64,000 nt of DNA from Octopus vulgaris. Taxonomy: Eukaryota. This document shows, one piece after another, positions 1 to 15,417 of this stretch. The stretch is taken from assembly GCA_951406725.2 (NCBI GenBank), contig OX597815.1:84196001-84260000 (forward strand), read 5' to 3'. The notes beneath the pieces are model-generated. The model saw only the letters and a program-made list of their open reading frames with translations. It was not told the origin of the DNA and searched no databases. The translations under genes were made by a program, and so were the position numbers. Positions within the stretch are counted from its first letter, which is position 1, and each line of letters begins with the position of its first letter.

Positions 1-119
1 CAATGAAAAAGGTTCCTAAGTCGCTTATATGTGCACTCGGATCACGAGCAGAAGTAGTGGGGATGGGGGTTATAGCCATATGTTAAGAGGAATTCTTTAG
101 GGTTTGGATAATTCGCCTT

Positions 120-190
120 TGGAAACATGGTAGTTTCATTCAACATCCTTAAACAACCCTTATTCAGAGAACTTTTGAGCGGGATGGGCT
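120..190 (+). repeat. Fragment of a dispersed repeat (second copy at about 43630-43732)
   Basis: ggaaacatgg...aacatcc(c)ttaaacaa..cttattcag.ga.cttttgagcggg.tgggct occurs here and at 43630-43700. Confidence 0.7.
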
Positions 191-206
191 GTGCCTGGTG
201 TACTCT

Positions 207-480
<274 letters not shown>

Positions 481-1271
481 TCGCTATAAGGACAGTGTAT
501 ACTTTTTATCACAATGATAGCGTATACATGTGGTAGGGCTACATAAAAAAAAAACAGAAAAAAAGTCAGGAGCGAGAAATGAGAGAAGAATATAAATTGC
601 ATACAAATTATGTGAACCACTGAACAATGCAGTCTTCCTGATAGAAGACAGACTCCAATAAGGGCCAATCATGCAATCCTGAATATACAGGATCAGCCTG
701 ACCACCAGAGGAGCAAGCGTTGCACAACCGATATTTTTCAATCTACAGGTGTATGCATAGGGTATTTTCCTTTATTTGAGAGAAGGGTGCCAGAAGCTAA
801 TATCTGGATCACATTTATCTGTCCACAGATAGAAAACAGCGGGTCTCAAAATAGATTTTACAAAACCAGTCCACCCAAGGCAGGTTAGCGTTTACGCACA
901 CAAGTATATATAAATATACAGTGTGTGCATGAGAATATATATGTGTGCGAATGTGACTGCGTGTGTGTGTGTGTGTGTATTGGTCACTTCAGTATTCTGT
1001 CCGTTTTGATCAGCTACACTGTGTCAATCCATCTGCAACCCAGCTACTACTGAAGTCGTCATTTGTTAGTGTTTATAGAACCTATATATTTGCTCAGTAA
1101 AGTGAACAGAACCAGGGAACCAAAAAAGAATTTGCCATGCATCACTTAACGTGAATAATCTGTCTGGCTTACTTGTTACATGATTTATCTGAAAACTACA
1201 CATACATGAGCATATAAAAACATACGTGTGTGTGCGTGTGTATATATATATATAGAGAGAGAGATAGATAA

Positions 1272-1320
<49 letters not shown>

Positions 1321-1376
1321 GATATAGATATATACATATATATATATATATACACATATATACATGCATACATAAA

Positions 1377-1434
<58 letters not shown>

Positions 1435-1793
1435 TACATATATACATATATACATATATACATGCATATTGTTGTATTTAACTATTTCAGTGTGCATGTG
1501 ATTATAAGTGAGTGAATGTGTGTTCGCGTGATTATAAATGGGTGGAGATATGCGTGTTACTGGTTGCTTTTCTGAATGTAATAGATCCAGTTTTCGACTA
1601 CTAATACTTAAATTATAAAACATGGACTAAGAAGAGTAAGCACAACTTATTAGCATAGGAAAGAATACTTTATGAAGCCCGAAACTGAAAGATTGAGTGT
1701 TGCTGCCTTTGTTTTCAGTTATAGTCTTCTCCCACTCCACCACCGGATTACATTGCTAAACCTGCCCTATGATACGGTTTGTGAAATGCGTTC

Positions 1794-1829
<36 letters not shown>

Positions 1830-2271
1830 ATAGATATAGATATAGATATAGATATAGATATAGATATAGATAAGAAGATATATATTAAAATAGTGTACAT
1901 TTAAACACAAAAGAAAACTACCCTTTAACAGGTATTTTTTACATGCTAGAAATAGCAACACGACCAAAACCACTATTTAATAGCAATTTTCGAAGTAAAT
2001 GAAAAATAAAAACTTTTACCTAATTTTTTTAGCGGTTATACCATGATTTCGAATTTCTTTAGTAAACAAGATTATTTGCCATCTTTTAATAGGTAATTTA
2101 GCAAAACAATATTATCCGCCAGCCGAATTCTAGTCAGTAACCGGCCTCAATAACTAACTTATAATTTAGAGACAAGATAACTCGTGTCCCGTCATTATAT
2201 CACTGGTGTTGATATTTATAACGAATGTTCGCTACCCATATTTCTTATATATATATATATATATATATTAA

Positions 2272-2310
2272 CTAGCTTAAAAGCCGCACTCCGTGTGGGC
2301 TTTTGGGTTC
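2272..2310 (-). mobile_element. Helitron-type 3' terminus (hairpin plus CTAG); 5' extent uncertain
   Basis: Hairpin aaaagcc-gcac-tcc-gtgt-g-ggctttt (2279-2304) is followed on the minus strand by CTAG|T at 2275-2271, next to a TA tract. Confidence 0.55.
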
Positions 2311-2816
2311 GCTCCTGCGGAAGGCTAAATGGAACGGCGGACATGAACGAAGGAGTGATAAATAGCACGGTAATAACGCATCTATAATGAATATATGCCC
2401 GATGGTTTTTGATGAGAGGTTAAGGGCAGATGAGAATTAATTGTGTAACGCATTCATTCTATTGTTCCAATCCCAAGTTGACTACCAGTTGTTGGACAAT
2501 TTGTCGATTTCACGAGCATCCACTCTGTCTGTCATGGCTTGAATTTAGTAGTAGCAACTGAGTTTATCAAAGGTGCTTTGTTGCTGAAGGACCGTTTGCT
2601 TTGAATGTATAAATGTAGTGGGATGCTGATTCTGGTACTGTTAAAGTGATTGCCGTTTTAAAAGGATTGTCATTTGATTTCTTTGTATTATTGATTTGTT
2701 CTTTATGGCTGGTTATACGAGCGATTGTCCTTAGGTGACCTTTAAGAATCGGCCCATATGTACACATAAATGGTCGCTCACATATATATGCATATACATA
2801 AAAACGCTTTTCAATT

Positions 2817-2861
<45 letters not shown>

Positions 2862-4377
2862 TTATTAGGAGAGAATCAGGTTTTGTAACGAATATTAATT
2901 AGCATATCTTAATTAAAGTGGGTTTAAAACGTTGTAGACTGCGGTAAACATCCCAAAAAATCATTTCGCGTAGACGCCAAAGCTAAAAAGCATCGAAATT
3001 CTATATCAGTTGAATAAATGTCGTCAACACCGGCGTGTGGCGAAATTCGTGATTTCACCAAATTGCCGGTGTTCACCAATAGGAATCCAAATACTGAATG
3101 CCAGACAGAAAATCCGCTTGGCGGATTTTTTTGAGGAGGTATCATTCTGTAACAGAATGATACCCCCTCCTCAAAAAAAAAAACAGCCAGTGATATCGCG
3201 AAAAACCTGTTTGTTGTTTTACGAAATGAATCAGAGAAAGAGACACTATTTCTCTCGGACAGAATAATAATCCTATCACGCTGAAAAAATTGAAGTCAGC
3301 ATTATTATATACCAAATAATTAATGAATTAGAGGGTAGCACTGCTAATCACTGATTTATGGTATCCTGGTCTACGTTAAGAAGTAAATGCTCTGGCAATG
3401 AAAGCAAGACGCATTTCTGAAGTATAGATGCACAACACTGATCTCCTAGTAAGGTTTTCAAAGTTAATTTAGTAGAATATTACTTAGCAATATTGGCAAT
3501 GATTCCATAGAATCATCTAAGATTTGTGAACCATTTGTTCACCACAAATACCATTGCTTTTAACTCCCAACATTTCACTCACCTTAACTCCCAAGCGCTT
3601 AACTATCAACATTTCATCCACCTTCCTTTAAGTATAACAGAACTGTGCAGATCATTGCAATACGATGAACAGTTGTGTAAAATCTTGTGCTCAATCCTGG
3701 ATTATTTTGCTCTTATTATACTTGAAAGGCAATTCTCTTTTAATTTTCCTCTTAGAAACGAGGAGCGTGAATGTCTAAGATAGTGGATGTATATAAGTTC
3801 ACAAATGCAGTTGGTGTCATCTAGCCCCAGTTACATCCTGAAGAGTAGTATTGAATCAAAAGCGGTGGAAATTTAAAGAGTTTGCATTGTTTTTAAATAC
3901 TCACTTAAATAACTATTCAAATAACCCTATGAACTCGTCGAAAGCTAAATGGTTTCTTCGTACGAAATAAAAGAATTTTCATATTTTGTCTCAGCAAACC
4001 AGGATAAAAAGCTCACTATATGTAATGTATTTGATATTTTATCAAAATAGGCCGGATGATTTAACCACAAGCCTATTGTCCAGAATGACACTTGTATTGC
4101 CATTATTAAACATTAGTCTTCATCTTTGAATTTTTCAGATCCATACCATAGATGAGTGTCAAAATCTTTAAACGTATAAAAAAATAATTCAAATTAACAA
4201 ACATATTTTGCGTTTTCTCATTTTATAACAATTTTGAGAGAGGTATTAAGGATAAACAAAAGAGGAGTAGTGATAGTGACTCACCCTGGAAAATGCCACA
4301 TGAAATTTTTACATCTCCAGCATTTAGAGATTCATTGTCACTGTTCAAAATCAGTGTTGTTCTCCGTGATCTCATAC

Positions 4378-4620
4378 TTACAGACTAAAAGTTTTGCAAG
4401 TAGGCGCTATTTTATACATTTCCAGACATGTCTTAATCCAGCTATGTGGTAGGCTATCAAAAGCTTTTTTATAGTCTATCCAGGCTATTGACAAGTTTTT
4501 GTGTCGTTTGTGACAATCTTCTAAGATCATCTTATTGATGCGTAGCTGATCTTTACAACCATAAGATCCACGTTTACATCCTTTTTGCTCATTAGGGAAT
4601 ATGCTGCTTTCTATTAAAAA
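4378..4620 (-). mobile_element. R4/Dong-type non-LTR retrotransposon, reverse transcriptase fragment
   Basis: Translation [52 protein letters not shown] shows the RT region QxG...DQL...WIDYKKAFD typical of R4/Dong; abuts a (TAA)n array. Confidence 0.9.
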
Positions 4621-4697
<77 letters not shown>

Positions 4698-4698
<1 letters not shown>

Positions 4699-5175
4699 TC
4701 GCAGAACTCTCATTGACTTCTTCAAGTTTCACTTAAAAAGGAAAATGAGAGTGGAGAGGATAGTGCTGTCCTCGAGTGAGTTTATCGAAAGGTGGGTGAA
4801 ATTTGCAGAAATGGCAAGAGTGGAATGTACGTCTCTAAGTGTAGAGCCGTGAGTCGGAGAGAAGGAATTGGAGAGTGCAATTCCTTCATGAGGAAATAAT
4901 CTGGGTTTTCAGGGAAAACTCCGACAGTGGGGTTCCTCGATTATCCCTAGAGGCATTCCTGAATCAGGAGGGCCACATCTCTATCATCCTCCCCACCCTT
5001 TTTTTCACACCATCATATGCTACACATATATTCCTTCTTTTTCAGTGTATTCCGTGTATGCTTACTTCCTTTCTTTCATTTTTTTTTTATCATTTCATTA
5101 TATGTAAACCACCAGACTGTCTTCGTATTAACTCCTCATCCTTCGCACTTGTAGCAAATAAATGAAATTATTCTA
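4698..5175 (+). mobile_element. 3' end of an L1/Tx1-like LINE (ORF2 C-terminus plus 3' UTR)
   Basis: Open frame [40 protein letters not shown] is followed by a pyrimidine-rich UTR, AATAAA near 5157 and an (ATT)n tract. Family assignment is from recalled similarity only. Confidence 0.6.
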
Positions 5176-5445
<270 letters not shown>

Positions 5446-5504
5446 ACATTTGATCTGCATGTTTGATGCAATCACTTGCCGGCACACACTCACACACACA
5501 CAGC

Positions 5505-6072
5505 GTTCTAGGGCAAATGAAGGACAAGAGATTCTACAGTATGGCTGAAAGCTTGGGGATGGGTAGCATTAGGAAACAGAGTAGAGACAAAGCTAATCAA
5601 GAAGGTGGATGCGGCTTTATAGAAAAGGCATCGCGACCGACGTGCTTGCAGAGAGATTGGTACTCGACCAATTCTTCAACGCGAAACACGAAGATTGCGT
5701 TGTCAGAGCTAAGGCACGACTACTTAGACACGAGGGTACGAAAGCCGTTTAATGGACCCGAGTGGCAATAAATCCACAATCTGATCCTTAGCGGACCGCG
5801 AAAGGCAATTGATAACTAATCCGAAACAGATGTGTGCTGCTTTTAGCGGCGCTTCGCTCAACTGTTGGGGAACAGCGGTGAGCCGGCTCGCAAGATGGAT
5901 TTCACATTCTACCTCGACGGAGTACCGCGGCTTTCGGCGACGGAGGCGGAGCGCTGCGTATGGTGGTAACTGCCTTTGAAATAAGGGAAACGATAGTTAG
6001 CTGCACGATGGGTAAATCGTTTGGTTTGTATGGTCACCCCTACGAGTTTTATGCTTACAAGCCAGACCTGTT
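5505..6072 (+). mobile_element. Decayed L1/Tx1-like ORF2 fragment (linker to start of RT)
   Basis: GC-rich island translating (with stops and frameshifts) LDQFFNAKHEDCVVRAKARLLRHEG ... YLDGVPRLSATEAERC ... EIRETIVSCTMGKSFGLYGHPYEFY, a decayed GKSPGxDGxPxEFY motif. Confidence 0.8.
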
Positions 6073-6103
6073 CAATAATAATGATTATTATTATTATTAT
6101 TAT

Positions 6104-6157
<54 letters not shown>

Positions 6158-6161
6158 CAGC

Positions 6162-6195
<34 letters not shown>

Positions 6196-6206
6196 TTTTC
6201 TACTAT

Positions 6207-6238
<32 letters not shown>

Positions 6239-6388
6239 TTACTATATTTATCCTACATTATATCGGCACAGCTCGATGCGACCTCCAAAAATTGGTGTCG
6301 CCTGTGGGTATCATTAGGCTATATCATAAGAGAATAGGAGCTTTTATACGCATGTTCAAAATATTTCCGTTACATATATGCAAATATA

Positions 6389-6443
<55 letters not shown>

Positions 6444-6658
6444 GCGCGTGTGCGCGTGCGTGTGTGTTTGTGTGTGTGTGTGTGTATGTGTAAATATAAC
6501 TCGCTTGCCCAATTTCTGTTGGTCCGTTACATATTTCCAGTAAGATTGGTGGTTAAGTTGGCGGTTTTCAGTTCAACTCTCGAGCAAGCTAGTGCTTCGT
6601 GTACCCTCTAATATAATTTAGAATTTATATATGTATATGTGTATACATACATATAAGC

Positions 6659-6733
<75 letters not shown>

Positions 6734-6758
6734 TATACATACACACATATATATATAT

Positions 6759-6807
<49 letters not shown>

Positions 6808-7035
6808 TATATATATAGAAAGAGAAAGAGACAGACAGACAGAAAGACACACACACACTTAGACAGAGAAAAAATATTACATGAAAGAAGTATTGCGCAA
6901 AACTAGAATATAGATATATATAGGTAGACGCAATGTATAATTTAATATTCATATAAAGTATATAACTATATTACACTCGTATGAATGTATGTACTAAAGA
7001 TGATTTGGATTTTTATATAAATTTGATATACAACA

Positions 7036-7068
<33 letters not shown>

Positions 7069-8074
7069 AATGTGCGTATATGTATGTGTGTATATATGAG
7101 CTAGTCTTTGATTCCACGCACACACATACATATGTATATAGTTATATAAATACAGATATAAAGATAGATAAGTAGATAGATGCAGAAGAAAAATACAAAG
7201 TTCATAAATACATATAAACATATGTGTGTGAGTGCATGTGTGTGTTTGTATATAAATATATACGCTTGATGCAAGACACAAAGTATTTTAATAACAACAT
7301 TCCTAGCATGCTCATTCATTCAGCAATCAATAAGAATAACAACATCATCAAAAATATTCACAAACACATCAATAATAATAAAACTTGAAATATCAAGGTG
7401 GTATGTATCATCTACAGTGTAAACAAGATAATCGTTAATGGTTGATGTGACCTTATATCATATGAAGATCATTGACGAGAAACATGATCATCATGGAACA
7501 GCAACTCTGTTTCTTACATGTCGCAAGAAGAGACACACCTTTGCATGCTCGTATAGAGTTACATGTGATTACACAGAAGTATGCATACAAAGACATATGC
7601 AACCAAACATACATAAACAGAATGATGGAATCATTGATTCATGCATACAGGCATATATATAAATACATACGCTTTATATAATATGACCATTTTCGGTTAA
7701 TGATGAACACAGAAATATTTCTGTTATTCTATTTAGTAATATAGCTCGGTAGTAAACAGTTCGCTTCTCGTCCGATTTTCTCATTCACCTTTCATCTCTC
7801 TCCGTTCGTGCGTAGCTTATTTTATATATGCACATATTCACACATATAGATACACACACACATACAACCATATATCTGCATGGACAGTGGTACTGAAAAA
7901 TTATTCATTTAAAAAATAGTAACTCGGGATATTCATTCGAATAGTTTACTCCCAAGAGCTTGTAAAACATTTCGGATGTATATTTGAGCGAAATACGCAG
8001 CAGAACCATTAAATTAAATTACATGCGCACACGTACACACAAATGCACACACATATGTATGCATGCATATATGT

Positions 8075-8572
8075 CATTATTCTGATTTATTTCAAAATTT
8101 CTTGCCAATAAAGTTCCAGTTTCAAACTTAGATCCGAACCTCTTTCATTAGATCTTCAACAACATTATATTTGTGCATGTATACGTATATGTGCAGTATG
8201 TGTAGTCGGTGCATGTGTAGATTTTTATGTTTTGTTTCAACTATGAATTCTCATGCATATAATTGCATGTCTAGACATGCGCCTATATACTTAAATGATA
8301 AATTTCTATAAAGTTGTACAGATGTTTACAGTTCCAGTAATGGCTTGGATCTGTAGTCTTCGAATCAGCTTTCTCCGTTCTGGTTTTGAGAAGCCTAATT
8401 TCTCAAGATTGATACTTTGCCAGTATGTTACATATCTCAGTGCCCCAGTAATTACAGGTACAAATCTGAACTTGTAATCTGGATAGAGTAACTGTGGATT
8501 TCTCAATAGTTCAGCATACGTATTTTCTTTTTCACTGATCTTTAGCTTTATGATAACATCCGCTGGGCATAC
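8075..8572 (-). mobile_element. 5'-truncated RLE-type (R4/Dong-like) non-LTR element, endonuclease C-terminus plus 3' UTR
   Basis: CPADVIIKLKISEKENTYAELL...FVPVITGAL...LQIQAITGTVNIC matches the K..KY..L / PxxxGALG / LQ...GT..I tail seen in the other RLE copies here. Confidence 0.8.
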
Positions 8573-8959
8573 ATTTATGTATATATACATGCGTGCGCGT
8601 GAGTGCATATGCTATGTCCGTGTTCAAGTTTTATTCTTTTAGATTTTAGATTTTTCATATATTTAATAGTTTTTTATTATTATTATTGTAGCTAGTTTGG
8701 AACAAAATTTAATAAACTCACATTCGTCGTTTCTACGTATGTATAGTGTCATTCTGAAAAAAAAAATGAAAGTAATTGGCCACCTGTGTTATTTCTTATC
8801 CAGTGCTTGGAATTAATGTAGACTTTACTGTTAAAGTTTTTCTTTTTTATATATATCGTTAGCCCTATACGTTAGCATTGACGTGTTTATTTGCTTGTTT
8901 TGGTCAAATTTTTTACTCTTAGGTTTTCATGCCAATAGGTGTTGATTTTACTATATGTG

Positions 8960-9560
8960 TGTTGTCTGCATGTTTCTTTTAGCATTGTATTGTAATGTAA
9001 GTACCACTTCGAAGAGAAATCTACAATTTATGAGAGAAATTTTATAGAATATGTAAGTATTTGATTATTACCACGTAGTATTTTTCTACCTTATTTTAAT
9101 GGTGAGCGTTATAGAGTTGTAGATAACTCCTTGTAAATGCGTGGTGAGCCTATGAGAGTGCGTTATTTAAATATGTCCATTCTAACAGCTAGAGTCATGA
9201 AGTCTGTAACTTCCTGTTTTACTGTCAAATTTATAGATTACATCGGTCATTAGTAACTTTTTCTCGGGTTTAGATGCTTTTGTGCTCTGTTTTATGAGAC
9301 TTTTGTTTATGCATTCGTCTGTTTGAGAGTTTTTATGCATTTGATTCATCTAGTGATTGGTGTGTTTTTTATTGGGACTATTCTCCAGTGTATTTATTGT
9401 ATCGTATTTGCGTATGTATTCTTTTATATCTCGATCTACCAGTCTCTTAGTATATCCGTTGTTAATTAATATTTGTTTTATTTAGTGAAGTTCTTTATCT
9501 GGTACCTTGTTTACGGGCGAGAATATAAATTCTCTAAAGAGGTGTGAATTTGCGACTTAA
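8960..9560 (-). pseudogene. Decayed Penelope-like element (RT thumb to GIY-YIG endonuclease)
   Basis: Minus-strand reading gives DKELH*IKQILINNGYTKRLVDRDIKE (about 9499-9419), then MTDVIYKFD (9250-9224), GHI*ITHSHRLTTHLQGVIY (about 9180-9118) and LFEVVLTLQYNAKRNMQ, collinear with PLE EL..I...L..NGYP and GIY-YIG motifs. Confidence 0.7.
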
Positions 9561-9619
9561 AGTATATGTATGCATTTGTTTGATTCCCTGGGGGTATACA
9601 TATATATTCAGAGAGATAG

Positions 9620-9766
<147 letters not shown>

Positions 9767-10360
9767 GTGATAGATATACACCAAAAAGTGTTTGTAAATT
9801 TTGTTTGTACTAGGGCTTCAAATTTCTCTCAACAGTTAATCCAGTCGTTCAAAGAAACTTGAAATCCCAGTCAGTATGAACTGGGGCCCACCCTCACGAT
9901 TTTCTCAGTCAATCAATTCTGTCGAAAACCTTTTGAAATTCCACGAAGTTGAGTGGTAAGTTTTTATGGAACCATATGTAATGGTCCACATTTCTCAACA
10001 TAAAACTTAGTTCAGAGCAAATGCGTGTGAATCGAAACCCTACCAGTTCTTTATGCAGTGTCACAATAAGGTTCAGTGGATTCCTCTACAATAAAACAAA
10101 GCAGAAAAGCATCGTCTTGTACAGAGAATAATGTAATTACTTGCAACCTGTTGCAGTTTACCAGGTTTAACTTTTATATAAAGTCAGTTATTAAGAAATA
10201 TATGCTAACTTTTATTATTGTTAATGTCCAACATTTTCCACAATTCTTCGCAGGTTATCACCTTATATTTATTATTCCTTTATATTAAGTTCTAAATAAT
10301 CTCATGTAACACACACCTTGTGTATGTCATTTATTTTTCGCTATATCAATTCGAAAGATT

Positions 10361-10402
<42 letters not shown>

Positions 10403-10450
10403 ACACACACACAAACATATACACCACCCTCTCTCTCTATATATATATAT

Positions 10451-10508
<58 letters not shown>

Positions 10509-10869
10509 AGGTTTAAAAAACACTACAAACAGAAACCGTCAAGACATAACAAGCGGGGAAATGACGATGGCACAACAACGGCTAACAGGACAAAACAAGA
10601 TACACGGATCAGTCGCAGACAATTGCCACTTCAGACTGAGTCTGGAATAACCGAACCTAAAAGCATTAAGCCCCTCAGCAAGACAAACGAATGTACATAT
10701 ACAAACATAAAAGAAGTAAGAAACATTCCGTCATTTTCTCATTTTGTCATTCCAGCAATGAGCACACTAGTTAACACACGTTATGACGCTGCACATTTTT
10801 CTCACCTATTTTTTTATTTAAATAAATTCTCATACATTCATCTGTTTAGTTTGATTAGTTTCTGCAGCA

Positions 10870-11210
10870 TTATATTCTTTCTGGATGGGAGCAGCAATTA
10901 ATTCTTACTCTGCCTGCAGATACTCATTTCCAACTTCAATTCTGTATTCTTAATTTATCTACTTTTGAAGCGAAGTTTCCACACTTGTATCAATAACTTT
11001 CTCCTCTTGCTGTAATTTTCTCCCTAACTCGAGTGTAAGGTTTCTTTGCTCCCATAGATGTAGGTGTATAGCTTATGTGTTATCTCTGATCTAAGATATT
11101 TCTATTTTCTCTTTCTTGCATCTAATTTCCATTGGATTTGTTTGCTTCCATAGATGTATCTTTATAGATTTCATTTCTATGCTTGCGAGTTGTGCATCTT
11201 TGTTCATATA
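10870..11210 (-). mobile_element. Possible highly decayed RTE-like LINE C-terminal fragment
   Basis: Traces resembling YGxExxTL, DKxRNxE and SHxER in shifting frames. Confidence 0.3.
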
Positions 11211-11987
11211 GTCATCACTAAATACATCACTACATATAAATCTAGCTATGCATCTTCTCTCCGAGATTTCAGGCTGTGTAACTTCCCTTCAGGAACTAAA
11301 TGTGAAAGCGTTACTCTATTTCTTTAAATAGCTTAGATAGGAAATAACACACATGAAAAAGAAAAAGAGAAGAAATCCCTTTACCTTCTTGGTTCTAGAA
11401 ATTAAATTAACACGCATGAAGACCGTTTTCTGTTTTTTATATCATTCCTTTCCTCTTTTATCTAACTACGAAGACACTGAGGCATCAGCACTAGCGTGTT
11501 GTCTGAATGTAAATTGTTTAGCGGTACAGAACAATGACTGCTCTTATTAATTTCAGGCTAGTATGGAATCATGTCAATACATCTAAAAGAGACCAGAAAA
11601 ACGGAAAGATAAGATTTAGAAACTTGTCGAAATTTCTAAACATTTATTTATTTTTATTACTTTTATTCAATTTTATTTAGGAATACATAGTTTACTCCTA
11701 TTTTCTCTCTTTTACCCTTTTCAAGCACACAAATATATCTATACACAAAATATCATACACAAGCCCACACAAGCATGTGCATTTATATATGTATATATGT
11801 GTGTTTGCGTGTGTATGCAAGTGTGTGCGCGCGTGTGATGTGTGTGTGCCTGTGTATGTAAGTATACATGCATGATTGCATGCTTGTATATACGCAAGTA
11901 TGCATGTGTTATATAAAGTTTGAATATTTGTAGGAGAGAACATACATATGTATATAAATATATACAGTTACATATATTTATAAATAT

Positions 11988-12028
<41 letters not shown>

Positions 12029-13086
12029 TATATATGTATATATTAATATTTATATATGTATGTAAATATATGTACATATATATGTATATATAAGTGTGTG
12101 TATGTATGTATATGAGTGTGTGCATATGTATACATATAAGTGTAAGGGAGATTTATGAGTTTATTTTCGAGTCTTCTTTTCCATCAATGTACGAATATTT
12201 TAGATACAAGCACAGAGGATTGTAGTGATTTAAGTAATAAGGAGTTTGACGAAATGTTAACAGCGTGAGATGAAAAGAAAAATGACACCTCTCATATAGT
12301 GACATTAACCAAAATCTACGTCCTACATATATTTAGCAAAAAATATAAAGAATTCGTAAATCTCTAATCAAAGCTCACTAAATATTATCACCGTGTTATA
12401 AAATGAACACCTCTTTCAATATCACTAACTAGTAGCGGAACTGAACAATAAATCCATGTTCATAAAATAGGAACAACACATATATAGTTTAGTAGTGAGA
12501 GTGGTTTGATCTATTCCATCAGGAAATGTCTGGCATTATAGTGTTCTCGCACAATTTATAATCTTAGTTATAATATCTGCATTCTCTTTGTCGTTCTACA
12601 GTATTTATCACTCACCCTAATACCACAAAGTGCTTTAGTTTCCGTTCGATATTATGTGTTAAGCAAAATATGTATCTGAAGGTTACTTTATTTTTTTCGT
12701 CTAGTCAAAAGCAAAATGGAAACCAAGCATATATGAATGAGAATATGGAAGAAGAGTGGTATCTTTCAAAATGGCACAAGTTGGTAATAGAAGTGATTTT
12801 TTTTCAGCCTGGATTCGAATTACGTCGGTGAGATGTTTCCATAGATGTCATCACTTGGTCTCTTCGACACAAATATTATATATTTAAAGATAAAATGGGT
12901 TTTATTTCCCCAAATATAGGAGCGCTTTTATTGAATACAACGTGCATGAAAAGCCAAACCAAAGCGACGACGCCACCTCGACTTGCCTTGAGATCAAATC
13001 TCGTTCTACGGCAGAGGTACTTGAGCGTCGGATTAAAATGCTTGTGCTATACGTTGTACAGTGCTATCCCTTTCTTGCAGGAACCT

Positions 13087-13430
13087 TTACACCTCTCAAC
13101 CAGGGTCCGTATGACCTCTGGGGATCCGTATAAAATTTTGGTGGGGTCCATATAAGCAAAATAGTATTTTGAGTCCACAATATTATTTCAAGAGTGCATG
13201 AAACAAAATTTGCTTTGGATATATATTTATAGAAAGATAAAGCTAGGTTTCTTCCTCAAACGTTTTTCATTGTACAATCTACACAAGTGAATATGTGACG
13301 AACAAAATAGGAATTTTGAAAGAAGTATAAGACTAGTTTTTAAACATCAAATGCCTGATAGCAGGGGTCCACCAGAAGAATATTGTAACCAAAGACGTTC
13401 ATAGAGAAAACAAATGGTTGAGAATCACTG
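13087..13430. mobile_element. hAT-like MITE
   Basis: Right end ggttgagaatcactg (13416-13430); left end retains the complementary tctcaacc; internal ggggtcc subterminal repeats; no ORF. Confidence 0.65.
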
Positions 13431-13683
13431 TTTTAAAACTTTAAATGATAATAGTTCCTCGCTAATATTGCTTCATTTTATTTTGCTTACTGCCTATTTA
13501 TTTTTTAATGCAACTGGTGTGTTTGATTTGTATAATATCAATGGTAAGCATTTTTGTATTTATTGACTGATTCGTTCATCACAATGTCACGGAGGATGCG
13601 AGAAAAATACCGAAAAATATCTTCAATTGTGTCCCGTAGCGCTCGGAAAACTGAAAGTGGCATTAGACATTGTCTAATGTCAC

Positions 13684-13776
<93 letters not shown>

Positions 13777-14298
13777 TGTGCGCGTGTGTGCGTGTGTGTG
13801 TGCGTGTCCCTTTCTCTCTCTCTCTCGCACACTCACATCATTTACTCCAAAGGATTTTTCCATAGAAAGTACTACCTTATCAACAATGTTGATCAGGTCC
13901 CTCAGTATCATATTGGATTCCTTGACGTGTTTCGAGAGGCAAAAGACCACGACACAGAATTCCTTATGTTGCCCACGCTCCCCCTGCTCTTGCAGATTAG
14001 CTCGTTACCAAAGACAGTTCCTGTTTATGCCAATTTTGCGCCTGTATAGACTTCGGGTAGGGATTCGTTGGTAAAACAGTTCCGCAATAGCGCACATCAC
14101 TATGTACCTTTCTTCACCAAAGTGCTTTGATATCGTATGGCATAGCTGGTCTACATTCCTCTTGAGCCTGTTGTACCACCTTTTGGGGTGATTAATCTTA
14201 GGATATTTAACATAGGGTTAACTGCGCTCCCCAATTGAACAATTGAACACACTCCGCATACATATATATAAATACAAGTACAGCCATGCCTGTATGTG

Positions 14299-14333
<35 letters not shown>

Positions 14334-14941
14334 ATGTGTGTGTACCTATATATTGTATACATACACGCACGCATACGCACATCGAATTATATCTCACACT
14401 TATGCGCGCATTCACGCATAAGCACATACTATCTTAATAATAATAGATGGATTTCATGAAAAGAGTAAAAGCAAAATCCAATCGGTACTAATAAGGGATA
14501 TTGTTCCAAAGGCCAGATATCGCGAACATGATACGTTTGGTAAATAATACTTTACTCTCTCTCAAAGGCTACAGCTTTAGATGTGATAAGATATTAAAGT
14601 GATACGGAAAAGAAAATAGATGTAAAAGAAAAATAGAACAAATATAATAGGAAACACTATTTGGGTCTCACAAGTGAATCAAAAGAAAACAATCTACGAT
14701 ACAATTAAGCCAAAGCAAATAAGACAAACCCAAACGAAATATATAAAAAAACAGATCTTGGATTACACTATAAACATTCCTAAGAAATTGTATGGCGTAT
14801 CTATCTACCTCTTTATCTATCCATCTCTCCATCTATCTTCCTATATGCGTATATATATGTGTGTGTGTATGTTGTATATGTACGTATATAAACATAGTTA
14901 TGTAGTTGCGTACAAACACACATATATATATGCATATATAT

Positions 14942-15001
<60 letters not shown>

Positions 15002-15417
15002 ATTCATACATATATACACTCTCATACATATGTATGTATGTATGTATGTATTCACATGTATATGTATGCATATATGTATACATATTCATACGCATACACA
15101 CATGTGCACACAGACAACCCTTTCACACGCACATCAATGCACACATACACACACACACATATATATATATACATACATATATGATGTACACATATATACA
15201 TGTATACATATGTATATACATACCCATATACATACAAGCACATACATACATACATACATACATACATACATGCATGCATGCATACATACATGCATACATA
15301 CATACAGACATAATTGTTAGCACTACTTGAATGAAGTTTAAATGTAAGAAAAAATGCGAAACCTGTGAATGAGGGCCATCGAATTAGAAGAAATAATATA
15401 AGGCACATATAGGAACG

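Noticed and set aside
13830-14190. Unique-looking block with weak RT-like words (NMILRDLINIV...MEKSF on minus; KCFDIVWH on plus)
   Set aside because: Hints conflict in strand and are too weak to call without a search.
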